DNA of 64,000 nucleotides from Macrostomum lignano (Eukaryota). Under the pieces are notes generated by a model. The model was not told the origin of the DNA. It saw only the letters and a program-made list of their open reading frames with translations, and made no database searches. Numbering within the stretch: the first letter of the stretch is position 1; each line of letters begins with the position of its first letter. Both the position numbers and the translations under genes were made by a program. Below are positions 26,535 through 39,200 of this stretch, one piece after another. The stretch is from the NCBI GenBank assembly GCA_002269645.1, contig NIVC01000126.1, forward strand, positions 248,001-312,000. Direction: 5' to 3'.

Positions 26535-27044
26535 CCTGACAGCATTTCTTAATTATAGCGTTTGATGCCTTTTAGCCAATAGCAGCTCTTGCACGCGCCG
26601 CGAGAAATAAAGGGGCATCCTGACCGAGCCAAGGACAACTAAGTATATATTCGTGTCGCGTCTGGATTGGAAACTAAAAAGCTTTAATTATATAATGTCG
26701 TTTCTTATTTTTTGAAAATTTCTTTTACACAGTCAATAAGTACTTTCGTCGTCTGTAAACTCCTCGACTGTCACGTACTGCCCATGTTGGTATCATTTGA
26801 TCAATATAGGACAAATTGACCTATCAATAATTGATGTTGATCAAGCATATGTCAATCAATAAATAATAATGATCAAGCGCAATTATCAATCAATCAATCA
26901 CTAAAACTGATCAATCAAGATTGTCTCAATTCAACTTAATATATGATATTGGTAAATCATAATTTAGTCTAACAATGAAATTGATCAAGCACAATTATAA
27001 ATTAATCATTTGAATTTAGCGAGCACAATTATCAATCGATCTAT

Positions 27045-28415
27045 ATACCGAAGAAGGCAGGGACAACGCGGAAAGAAGACCACCGCGGGATCTCGCTGAT
27101 GTCCGGCACCGCGAAGCTCTTCAACCGGCTGCTGATCGATCGTCTGCAGTCGGTGCTGGACCCGTACCTGCGGTACGAGCAGAACGGATTCCGGCGGCAA
27201 CGCGGTACAGTGACACAGATCCTCGCACTCCGCCGTGTCATCGAGGAGGCGCGCATTCACCAGTCTATGCTGATCATTGTCTTCGTTGACTTTCGAAAGG
27301 CGTTTGACTCGGTGTTGAGAGCCGCGCTTTACTTTGTCCTTCGAGTCTACCGGATACCCCAGCAGCTAATTGACGCTGTCATGGCGCTGTATTGCGATAC
27401 TCGAGCTGCTGTGGTGACGGCGGACGGCCTGTCTGACCTGTTCGACACTTCATCAGGAGTTCTGCAGGGTGACACTCTTGCGCCGTTCCTCTTCGTGCTG
27501 CTCCTGGACTGGGTGCTTCGGACTGCACTCCCCTCGGCTAACGACGGCTTCCTGCTGCCCAGACGCATCGGTCGCCGCCACGGAGAAAAGCGCCTAAGCG
27601 TGCTTGGCTACGCCGACGACCTCGCCCTCCTGTCCTCGTCCGTTGAAGGTGCCCAGCGCCAGATCGACAGGTTGGTCGAGGTGGCATCGAGCGTCGGTCT
27701 GGTTGTCAACAACCAGACAACCAGACCTGAAGACCGAGGTGCTGACTGTGCCGGCCGACATCCCAGCGGACCTGACGTGCCGCGGCGCAGACGGGCAGAC
27801 GACCAGACTCGCACGCTGCCAGCGGTTCACCTACCTCGGCGGTCTGGTGCCTCACGTGGGTGAAGACCTCCGGCGGCGCCTGGGCGGCCTTCCGTTCAAT
27901 CCGGGCCGTCGTCCAGTCCGAAGCGCTGCCCGACCGCCAGAGGGCTCGGCTGTGGCAGGCGGTGGTCGAAACCGTCCTGCTATACAACGCCGAGACGTGG
28001 ACGCTGACGGCTACGCTGGAGCGGCAGCTGAACTCGGCGCACCCAGGGCTGCTCCGTGCGACCTTTAGAGCTGACGAGAGCGTCGGGACCGAGGCCCTGT
28101 ACGATTGGGCCAAGCTGCAGCGCCCGTCCATCATCCTGCGCCGGCGGTGACTTCAACTGGCGGGCCACGTGATCTGGGCCGAGGGCTACTGCCCCCAACC
28201 TGTTCAGGACGTCCTGCTGCTCACCTTGCAGGGCCCGCTGAGGCGGGGTCAGGCCCGAACCCGTCGATACGTGGACTGCCTGCTGTGCGACGCTGGGGCG
28301 CCCGATATTGCCAACGGAGCGGACTTCATTCGCTCCCAGGCTCTGCGGCGCACCATCTGACGCACCCTGCTCTGTGAGTTTGATTGCGGGGCCGCGTATT
28401 TTGTTGTTGTTGTTA
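27045..28415 (+). mobile_element. 5'-truncated, frameshifted non-LTR retrotransposon (RTE-like RT)
   Basis: IPKK..HRGISLMS, EQNGFR, FVDFRKAFDSV, GVLQGDTLAPFLF, GYADDLAL, FTYLG, LLYNAETW, LQLAGHV; frameshifts near 27715 and 27880, in-frame TGA at 28148; ends in (TTG)n tail. Clade assignment is inference. Confidence 0.92.
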
Positions 28416-29963
28416 TATAGAATACAAGAGTTGATCTACTGTAACTGTCTCCACACGTAGCTTCTTTATTCCTACAATTTGAAGAAGTGTTTGCCTCCCT
28501 CATTCCCTAATTGCAACGGTTCACTTAATTCTTTCGCACGTTTGGCGTTTTTTGAGTGGCTCATTTAATACGACTCGGTAATTCTTGGCCTCCATTTATC
28601 TATCTATAGCTGCCCCACACAGATCCCCGCCTGAAGATCCTCTCCATTCTCGGATTTGGGCGGTCAATCGACCGAGGAGGAAGATAGGTAAATATACAGT
28701 AGTATTTCCAATTCAGAAATTACCCAAGTGAAACTGAGAAGAAAGTGAAGTTTTCTCAATCCCATTTCTTCTAGAGTTTTTTCCGGCTTCATGAGATACT
28801 GACGAATGGCTAAACTAAAGACCTTTCAGAGTGATTTCCTTGCGAGAACCCATATATTTTCACGGAACTCATAATTTTTCCAAGCAACTTCGCCGATTTA
28901 AGGTGCATTGGATTAGTTTTGGGCCCGCATAATTTGAATTGGCCGAAAAAGGTTAATAAAATCTTTGATAACAGTCATCCATTTTAAACAAAACTAAAGC
29001 GCGCTATATGAACTAAAACTTTCATAATTTACAAGAGATACGAAATTCAAACAAATAAATGATATTTTAATTTAAAATATTGTGTTATTTCGGTAATTAA
29101 AAATTCTACTACTTATTAGCAGCCGATTATTAACTTCATTTTTTAAACATTTTTAACTGAATGTGCAGTTGCTTGTCTCCACAGGAAATCTGTCCGATTA
29201 AATTGATAAATTTACTTGACCAGTATTCGGAAAATTAAAAAAGGCTATGACAAACAAAACACATCAGCATAGGAAACAATTAGTCTTGTACTAAAAAATA
29301 AATATTTATAATAGGGTTAGAAAGGTAAGAAAGTTAAGTTATTTACAAATCACTCTACTGACATCTTGTAAGTAGTATAATGCAAGATATAGCGCATCAG
29401 AAGTAGAATTAATATATGGTTGAAACAAAAACTATTACTAATTATAAACATATATAATAATGCTTCTATGCAAAATAATTTATAATTCAGTTCTAGAATG
29501 ATTTCGATTAGTTAAAAATGGAGCCTGGTCTTGTTGACGATTGACGGCAACCCCCGTGGGCAAAAAATAAAAGGAAATTCACGAAAAACTATTCTGTGAA
29601 ATTTGTAAGGTAAGGAGTGTAGCAATTGTAGGGGTTAGCAGGGACTACTCGATAAGTACATGTAGTAGCATTCAATTTCAATTGTCTTGAGAAGGGCGTC
29701 CAAATTGACAGTGCCTTCTGCAACCTGTGTAGATTTTTTACATTTTTATTTAGTTTGTAATTATAAATTACGAGAAACCGGTTTGAACTACACTGATATT
29801 CTACTCAAAGTAATATTGATCGAACTTATAACGTAAATAATATTACTTCTTAAAGGTTTCACAAAGCGCCAGTCATAATTTAGTGTCCCTCCTACTGATA
29901 CATTAGCAGCCCCTCTAACACTTTCTAACACAGACTATAGCTACTTTTCTGGCATTTTCCATT

Positions 29964-30205
29964 AGCGCCACTCCTGACACAAAGTTAAAGCGCCACTCCT
30001 GACACAAAGTTAAAGCGCCACTCCTGACACAAAGTTAAAGCGCCACTCCTGACACAAAGTTAAAGCGCCACTCCTGACACAAATTCAAGCGCCACTCTTG
30101 ATACAAATTTAAGCGCCAATCCTGACACCTGCACTATAGCGCCACTCCTGACAGAAGTTTAAGCTCCACACCTGACACAGATTTAAGCGCTACTCCTGAC
30201 ACCAC
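29964..30205. repeat. 25-bp minisatellite (AGCGCCACTCCTGACACAAAGTTAA)
   Basis: About 9 units, period 29964->29989. Confidence 0.9.
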
Positions 30206-30295
30206 GTTTTCGCCAGTAAAGAATTATAACCTTATTCTAACTGTTAAATATCCTCTGTCTACGGTTGCCAATACAGAATCATCATTGTTTCCACA

Positions 30296-33200
30296 TCAAG
30301 GTGAAGCTTCCAGATCATCGTCCGGGGAGTGAACGGGGATTCCGTCCACCATCCCGACGCCGCCACCACCTGTGAGAGCCCCGCCGATGCTTGGCAGCTC
30401 GGGCAGTCGGCTTCTCAGCGAAGGTCCCGAGTTCGCGTGCTGCTGCAGTCTAATTCTGCTTTGATTTGGTCGCTGATTGCTTCTGCTTGTGCCTGCTGTG
30501 CCTGCTGCTGCTGCTGCTGCTGGCTTTTTCTGATTGAAAGAGTTTCGACTTTTACGTTGCGATTCTTGCGATGGGATTCTGGAACGATTCCCGACTGATG
30601 TGGCTTCCGTAGGCCTGCTGTTGCTATTGCTTTTAGTTGGCAATTGATTTTGCTGCTGTTGATGTAGCGGAGAGGCTGGACCGGCTGAACTGCAACCGGA
30701 ACTCGCTAGAGCAGCCTGAATTATTGATTATAACTGCTCAGTGACACATTAGGTAATTCAGCTTTCGTCATACTCCCAGATTAGCTATTCACTTGATATT
30801 TACCCTCTATGATCAAACCGCCAATCTATGACTGATAAAAAACATACTTTTTGACGGGCGTAAAAGGCCACCCTATATGACCGAAAACAAAGCCAGCCTC
30901 TAGGACAGATCAAAAAACACACACTACATTCATATGATCAATAGAAAACCACCCTCTATGACAACGACCGATATTAAAAGGCATTCTCCATGAGCGACAG
31001 GAAAAAGCATTCTCTTTGACTGATCGAAAAAACACCCTCTATGACTAATAGTAAAAACAAACCCCTATGACCAATTTCCAGTGCCACCCTTTGTGACCCA
31101 CAGTAGAAATCAGGTTCTATGACCGACAGTAGAAACCAGCCTCTATGACCGACAGTAGAAATCAGGTTCTATGACCGACAGTAGAAACCAGCCTCTATGA
31201 CCGACAGTAGAAATCAGGTTCTGTGACCAACAGTAGAAACCAGCCTCTATGACCGACAGTAGAAATCAGCCTCCATGACCAATCGTAGAAAAAAACCTCT
31301 ATGACCGTCAATAAGTACTCGTGCCACCCTCTATGACCGATAGAATAAATCACCCTCTATGAGCGACAAAAAGCCGCTCTCTACCGAGCTCACCAGCGGA
31401 CTGGCGGGCTGAAAATTTATGACGTCATCGTCAACTGCTCCCGGCTCTCTGCTGGCATGCCGTGGCTTCTCGCCCACAACTGACGATGGCGATTGAACCG
31501 GCTGACCCGGCGGCACGTCAACGATCACGTGATCCATGGACTGGACAGGGGAGAGGGTTATGGCTGTGTGTACATTTTCTGTAGTTTCCACCGGTTGTAC
31601 TTCAGTCTGTATATTTCTGTTTGTCTGTACTTTCACTCTGTAATACTGTCCGTCTGTCTGTAGTTCTGTCTGTAATTCTGTTTATCTGTAACTTAGTCTT
31701 GTCTGTAATTCTGTCTGTCTGTAATTCTGTCTGTCTGTAATTCTGTCTGTGTGTAATTCTGTCTGTCCGTAATTCTGTCTGTCTGTAATTCTGTCTGTCC
31801 GTAATTCTGTGTGTAATTCTGTCTGTACTTCTGTCTGCCTGTAATTCATTCTCTCCTGCATCTCATCCAACATCCAAACAGGTAATTACAGCAGCCGTGA
31901 CAGCCACTCCCATCGCCTACAGACGGGATTCCGCTTTCGCGATCGATTTGAAAATCCTCGGACAGCGAAACCGGCCGCCTCTGCTGGACAGACGACGCCA
32001 GCTGACGTTGCCTTCTTTGGCGTCGATGTTCTCGACTGCCTGCGCTGTAGCCGACCGCTCGCCGCCGCCGCCCGCCGGCCGCCGCCGCCGCGCCCATCGC
32101 GCCGCCGAAGCCGCTGCAGCTGCTCGCACTTCCCTCCTCTCGACGTTTCCGACGATGGCTGTGCAGTTCTTCTTGAGTCTGCTGCTGCGATTGCCAGTAA
32201 TTTTACTCGCTTCAGATTCCATCGATTAAACGATTCCCAATTCCCATAATTCCAGCTTCCCAAATCCATTCCAGCTTCCCAATTCCAATCCAAGCTTCCC
32301 AAATCCAATTCTCAGCTTCCCAAATCCAATTCCAGCTTCAAATCCCAATTCCAGCTTCCCAAATCCCAATTCCAGCTATCCCAAATCCCAATTCCAGCTT
32401 CCAAATCCCAATTCCAGCTTCCCAAATCCCAATTCCAGCTTCCCAAATCCCAATTCCAGCTCCCAAATCCAATTCCAGNNNNNNNNNNNNNNNNNNNNNN
32501 NNNNNNNNNNNNNNNNNNNNNNNNNNNNNNNNNNNNNNNNNNNNNNNNNNNNNNNNNNNNNNNNNNNNNNNNNNNNNNNNNNNNNNNNNNNNNNNNNNNN
32601 NNNNNNNNNNNNNNNNNNNNNNNNNNNNNNNNNNNNNNNNNNNNNNNNNNNNNNNNNNNNNNNNNNNNNNNNNNNNNNNNNNNNNNNNNNNNNNNNNNNN
32701 NNNNNNNNNNNNNNNNNNNNNNNNNNNNNNNNNNNNNNNTAGAAACCAGCCCTATGACCGACAGTAGAAATCAGGTCTGTGACCACATCACTAGAAACCA
32801 GCCTCTATGACCGACAGTAAAATCAGCCTCCATGACCAATCGTAGAAAAAAACCTCTATGACCGTCATAAGTACTCGTGCCACCCTCTATGACCGATAGA
32901 ATAAATCACCCTCTATGAGCGACAAAAAGCCGCTCTCTACCGAGCTCACCAGCGGACTGGCGGCTGAAAATTTATGACGTCATCGTCAAACTGCTCCCGG
33001 CTCTCTGCTGGCATGCCGTGGCTTCTCGCCCACAACTGACGATGGCGATTGAACCGGCTGACCCGGCGGCACGTCAACGATCACGTGATCCATGGACTGG
33101 ACAGGGGGAGAGGGTTATGGCTGTGTGTACATTTTCTGTAGTTTCCACCGGTTGTACTTCAGTCTGTATATTTCTGTTTGTCTGTACTTTCACTCTGTAA

Positions 33201-36200
33201 TACTGTCCGTCTGTCTGTAGTTCTGTCTGTAATTCTGTTTATCTGTAACTTAGTCTGTCTGTAATTCTGTCTGTCTGTAATTCTGTCTGTCTGTAATTCT
33301 GTCTGTGTGTAATTCTGTCTGTCCGTAATTCTGTCTGTCTGTAATTCTGTCTGTCCGTAATTCTGTGTGTAATTCTGTCTGTACTTCTGTCTGCCTGTAA
33401 TTCATTCTCTCCTGCATCTCATCCAACATCCAAACAGGTAATTACAGCAGCCGTGACAGCCACTCCCATCGCTACAGACGGGATTCCGCTTTCGCGATCG
33501 ATTTGAAAATCCTCGGACAGCGAAACCGGCCGCCTCTGCTGGACAGACGACGCAGCTGACGTTGCCTTCTTTGGCGTCGATGTTCTCGACTGCCTGCGCT
33601 GTAGCGACCGCCGCCGCCGCCGCCGCCGCCGCCGCGCCGCCGCCCATCGCGCCGCCGAAGCCGCTGCAGCTGTCGCACTCCTCCTCTCGACGTTTCCGAC
33701 GATGGCTGTGCAGCTTCTTCTTGAGTCTGCTGCTGCGATTGCCAGTAATTTTACTCGCTTCAGATTCCTCGATTAAACGATTCCCAAATCCCAATTCCAG
33801 CTTCCCAAATCCCAATTCCAGCTTCCCAAATCCCAATTCCAGCTTCCCAAATCCCAATTCCAGCTTCCCAAATCCCAATTCCAGCTTCTCAAATCCCAAT
33901 TCCAGCTTCCCAAATCCAATTCCAGCTTCTCAAATCCCAATTCCAGCTTCCCAAATCCCAATTCCAGCTTCCCAAATCCCAATTCCAGCTTCCCAAATCC
34001 CAATTCCAGCTTCCCAAATCCCAATTCCAGCTTCCCAAATCCCAATTCCAGCTTCTCAAATCCCAATTCCAGCTTCTCAAATCCAATTCCAGCTTCCCAA
34101 ATCCCAATTCCAGCTTCCCAAATCCCAATTCCAGCTTCCAAATCCCAATTCCAGCTTCTCAAATCCCAATTCCAGCTTCCCAAATCCCAATTCCAGCTTC
34201 CCAAATCCCAATTCCAGCTTTCCAAATCCAATTCCAGCTTCCCAAATCCCAAATCCCAAATCCCAATTCCAGCTTCCAAATCCCAAATCCCAAATCCCAA
34301 ATCCCAATTCCAGCTTCCCAAATCCCAAATCCCAATTCCAGCTTCCAAAATCCCAATTCCAGCTTCCCAAATCCCAATTCCAGCTTCCCAAATCCCAAAT
34401 CCCAATACTAGATTCCCAAATCCCAAATCCCAATACTAGATTCCCAAATCCTAAATCCCAATTTCAGATTCCCAAATCCCAAATACCAATTCCAGATTCC
34501 CAAATCCCAAATCGCGATTCGAGATTCCCAAATCCCCCCAAATCCCGATTCCAGATTCCCAAATCCCAAATTCCGATTCCAGATTTCCAAATACCAATTC
34601 CAGATTTCCAAATCCCAAATCCCAGTTCCAGATTCCTAAATCTCAAACCCCAATTCCAGATTCCTAAACCCCAAATCCCGATTCCAGATTCCCAAATCCC
34701 CAATCTGGATTCAAGATTCGCAAATCCCAATTTCAGATTTCAAAATCCTAAATCCCAATTCCAGATTCCTAAATCCCAAATCCCAATTCCAGATTCCCAA
34801 ATCCCAAATCCACATTCCAAAATTCCAAATCCCAATTCTAGATTCCTAAATCCCAATTCAAGATTCCAAAATCCCAAATCCCGATTCCAGATTCCTAAAT
34901 CCTAAATCCCGATTCCAGATTCCTAAATCCCAATTCCAGCTTTCCAAATCCCAAATTTCCAGCTCCCTGCAGGGTCTACATCTCTAATTCCCTCTATTCC
35001 GGTACAGTGCACCAGCAATCATATTGAACGAGTTTGCACTGAAGCATAGCATGAATGCAGACATATTGATATAAAGATTAGAAAGAATCTGTTTGCTGAT
35101 AAAATGTCATTGACTGTGCTATCGATGGCTTAATACAATAGGTATCCATCAATCCAATATATATTGCTTTGCACTGAATGCACTGTCTTTTCGTGTAGGA
35201 TTTCGTTTGTGTTGACTCTCCTTTCTCTCTTCCTTTGTCTCGTGTCATAACAACTCCGGCGCATACTGACTGACGCTTGAATAACATTTCAGTACAGATT
35301 AGCTTTATAAAGTGCGATAGTTATGCCTGTAGCTGCAAGGAAAATATTCCGATTGTAATTTTTTTTTGATTTATCTATATTAAGACATAGACACGCTGAA
35401 TTTTTTAATATCTTTGTCGTTTGTTGTTTTCAGCGTGCTTTTTGTTGTGCTTGTTGTTTTCAATGTTTTCTTTGTTGTGTTGTTTGTTGTTTTCAGTGTT
35501 TTCTTTGGTGTCTTGTTTGTTGTTTTCAGTGTTTTCATTGTTGTGTTTTTTTAGTGTTTTCTTTTGTGTCTTGTTTGTTGTTTTCAGTGTTTTCTTTGTT
35601 GTGTTTTTTAGTGTTTTCTTTGGTGCCTTGTTTGTTGTTTTCAGTGTTTTCTTTGTTGTGTTTTTTAGTGTTTTCTTTTGTGTCTTGTTTGTTGTTTTCA
35701 GTGTTTTCTTTGTTGTGTTTTTTAGTGTTTTCTTTGGTGCCTTGTTTGTTGTTTTCAGTGTTTTCTTTGGTTTCTTGTTTGTTGTTTTCAGTGTTTTCTT
35801 TGTTGTGTTGTTTGTTGTTTCAGTGTTTTTATTGGTGTGTTGTTTGTTGTTTTCAGTGTTTTCATTGGTGGTCGTTTGTTGTTTTCAGCGTGTTTTTGTT
35901 GTGCTTGTTGTTTTCAATGTTTTCTTTGTTGTGTTGTTTGTTGTTTTCAGTGTTTTCTTTGGTGTCTTGTTTGTTGTTTTCAGTGTTTTCATTGTTGTGT
36001 TTTTTTAGTGTTTTCTTTTGTGTCTTGTTTGTTGTTTTCAGTGTTTTCTTTGTTGTGTTTTTTAGTGTTTTCTTTGGTGCCTTGTTTGTTGTTTTCAGTG
36101 TTTTCTTTGTTGTGTTTTTTAGTGTTTTCTTTTGTGTCTTGTTTGTTGTTTTCAATGTTTTCTTTGTTGTGTTGTTTGTTGTTTTCAGTGTTTTCATTGG

Positions 36201-39200
36201 TGTTGTTTGTTGTTTTCAGTGTTTTCAGTGTTGGTGTTGTTTGTTGCCTTCAGGTAGGTTTTGCAAGATTTAATTGAGATTTGCAAGCAAACTACTAACT
36301 GTAGTTTTCCGGTAATTTCAAATCCTATGGTGCTGTTTAACACTCACCGAAATCGCAGAATCGCTGCCACCAGGAAGAATGCTGATATAATGGCACCGCA
36401 TACGGTGAACACCACCGTCTGCTTCAGGGTGATGGCCGCGCTGGTTCGCTCTGCAATAGGAAATTTAAGAATTTGAGATCCCCAATTCCACATCCCCAAT
36501 CCCAGATCCCTAATCCCAGTCCCCAATCTTAGATGCCCAATCCCACATCCCTAATCCCAGTCCCTAATCTTAGATCCCCAATCCCACATCCCTAATCCCA
36601 GATCCCTAATCCCACATCCGTAACCCCACATCCCTAATCCCAGACCCCCAATCTCAGATCCCCAATCTCAGATCCCAATCGCACATCCCCAATTCCCCAA
36701 CAGTATGCCCCAGTGCATAGTCTTCAGTATCCCGTAGTCTTTAATATTTCACTCAAAGTAATGTGCTGCAGCTTAGATTAAAGGGAAAACTTTTACTAAT
36801 AAATTAGTAGTCATGTCTGAAACAAAACTGACTGCTCGCTATCCAACGTCCTTTAATCATGTTTTCTCTGCACTGACAATATGTTTTGCTCATTACTATA
36901 GGCTCCTTTAGCCCTCCCTTATTCCATATTATTCTATTTCTTTTCTAGCTAATGCTTTTAGACCAAGAGAGAAGTTCTAGGCAGCAGATCTCTGAGCACA
37001 GAGATAGGTCAATACTCACTCTATATATCTTAGCAGATTCTAATATAGCTCAACTCTTAGTTATCCGTTCGATTCAGAAGTCATTCATCATTTATTACTT
37101 TGGAGGGAAGGCTTCTCGCGGCAGAGCCATATGGCTTTCCCCGAATAAGCCCAGACTTCTCCAGGCCCCTCCATCATACTACTCTATATATGCAGGTCCC
37201 TAGAGATTGAAAATACTCGATATATATCTACTGAAAACATAATCCCCACACGCAAGATCCAATTCATTTTCTCCCTGCGAGATTTTTCTCCAGATTGTAA
37301 AAAAATATTACTTAGCGCCCGCTAAATTTATCTCGTGGACAGCTAGAGGTAGTTTATTGGTACTGTTGAACTGAGGCTACAACCTCCTCCTAGACTGCAA
37401 TTTGTGTCTTAGAGCAAGACATTTAACTCTACATTGCTTCAGTTCACTCAGCCGTAAAATGAGTGCCAGCATTAGCTGGGGTAATTGAGGGTGGGTGTGC
37501 ATGGCGACCCCCCTGTCATTGGACTGAACAGCCGTACGAGAATAATCCGCTCTCAAGTCTGATTTCTCGTCGAATTTTCAACTCAAAAATCATAAATACG
37601 AGTATATGAAAGGACTACATGAGTACACCGAGTACAATACCTGAAAATGTTACTGCATTTGTAAGCCCAAGCAGTAAAACACGGACCAACTTCATCGTAG
37701 TAGAGTTTATGAAAATTAATTTTAAAAGGCCCGTTTTAAATTAAAATGCTTTTTTTCTTGAAAACAGTAAATTTTCAAATTTTCGGAACTGAACTTCACT
37801 TACCTACCCGGTAGGTTGATAACTATAGCCATATATTTTACTGCGGTGGGGTTAGCTATCACGTTTTTCTGCAATATTGCTGTAAAATTTATCTACTTTG
37901 GCAGCATAACCAAAGTAACTAAATCTAAAAACTTGAAAAAGACCCCACCTTGGGCATACAGTGTACTGCATACAGTGTACTACAGCTTCTCATAATCTTT
38001 ATTTGTAGCCATAGATTAAAAATTTAGGAATTTTCTCGTTCGTTAATTAGGACTTCGAATAAACTCCCCATTTTCATTTTGAAACGTTGAAGTTACGTCC
38101 TTTTGCTACCAGTTGATGCTTGCACTAAAGTATTGTACTATACTTCCCTGGGGGGGGGGGCTTTAGATGGCTAGTCTACATATACTAAAATGCCGATAAA
38201 TGTAAGTCTGTATATACGAGTACAATGATACGAGCGTACGTCTATCAGCTTTTCATGCATAACTGCAGAAATCCATTTTCTTCCCAGGACGAACACTAGC
38301 TATAGATAGATAAGTAAGGAAACAAACACAGTACTGTATTTATGGCATTGCATTGCGGCTTGGCCATAGGCTAGGTTACAGAACGGGCAGATTAACTCTC
38401 TCTCTCTCTCTCCCCCTCGCGATTACAATTTCTAGATAGATTTATATTTTTTGTCCTGTCTTTGTTTTCCTGTACTGCCGTTGCTGTTCTAATGCGGTTA
38501 TAAGCTAACTAACTACATGTAGCTATAAGTTGTTCCGATGGACAATTTTCCCGTCTGGCCATGGGCTACTAGACTTACGAGTTATCTGGATTGGAAACTA
38601 ATTGTTCAGGTTAGATTTATCTTCATAAATTTGCTATAATATTATATATGTTTTAATTTCATACATATTAAACTATTCGTTTAGAGCTTCCCGGAGCCTC
38701 ATTCATCGTTAGTCAGCGATACACGAACATCTTCGTGTATCAAGGGTGAAGATTGACGAGAAGAAAAAGAAGAGAATATATGAGAGGATAGATAAAAGGG
38801 GGAGATGAGATGAGAATGAGAGGAGAGAATGGGGGAAGGAAGAGAGAAGAGGGACCAGAGAAAGAAGAGAGGAGAAAGAAAAAGATAGAAGAGAAGAGGG
38901 AAGAGAGAAGCGAGAAGAGGGAAGAGAGAAGTGGGGAGAGAGAAGAGGGGAGAGAGAAGAGAGGAGAGAGAAGAGGGACCAGAGAAAGAAGAGAGGAGAG
39001 AGAAGAGGAGAGAGTAGAGAAGAGGGGAGAGAAAAGCGAGAAGAGGGGAGAGAGAAGTGAGGAGAGGGAAGAGGGGAGAGAGGAGAGGGCAGATAGAAGA
39101 GGGGAGAGAGAAGAGGGGAGAGAGAAGAGGGGAGAGAGAAGAGGGGAGAGAGAAGAGGGGAGAGAGAAGAGGGGAGAGAGAAGAGGGGAGAGAGAAGAGG

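Noticed and set aside
33562-36277. 447-aa PNPNSSF and hydrophobic FSVF ORFs
   Set aside because: Translations of intronic minisatellites.
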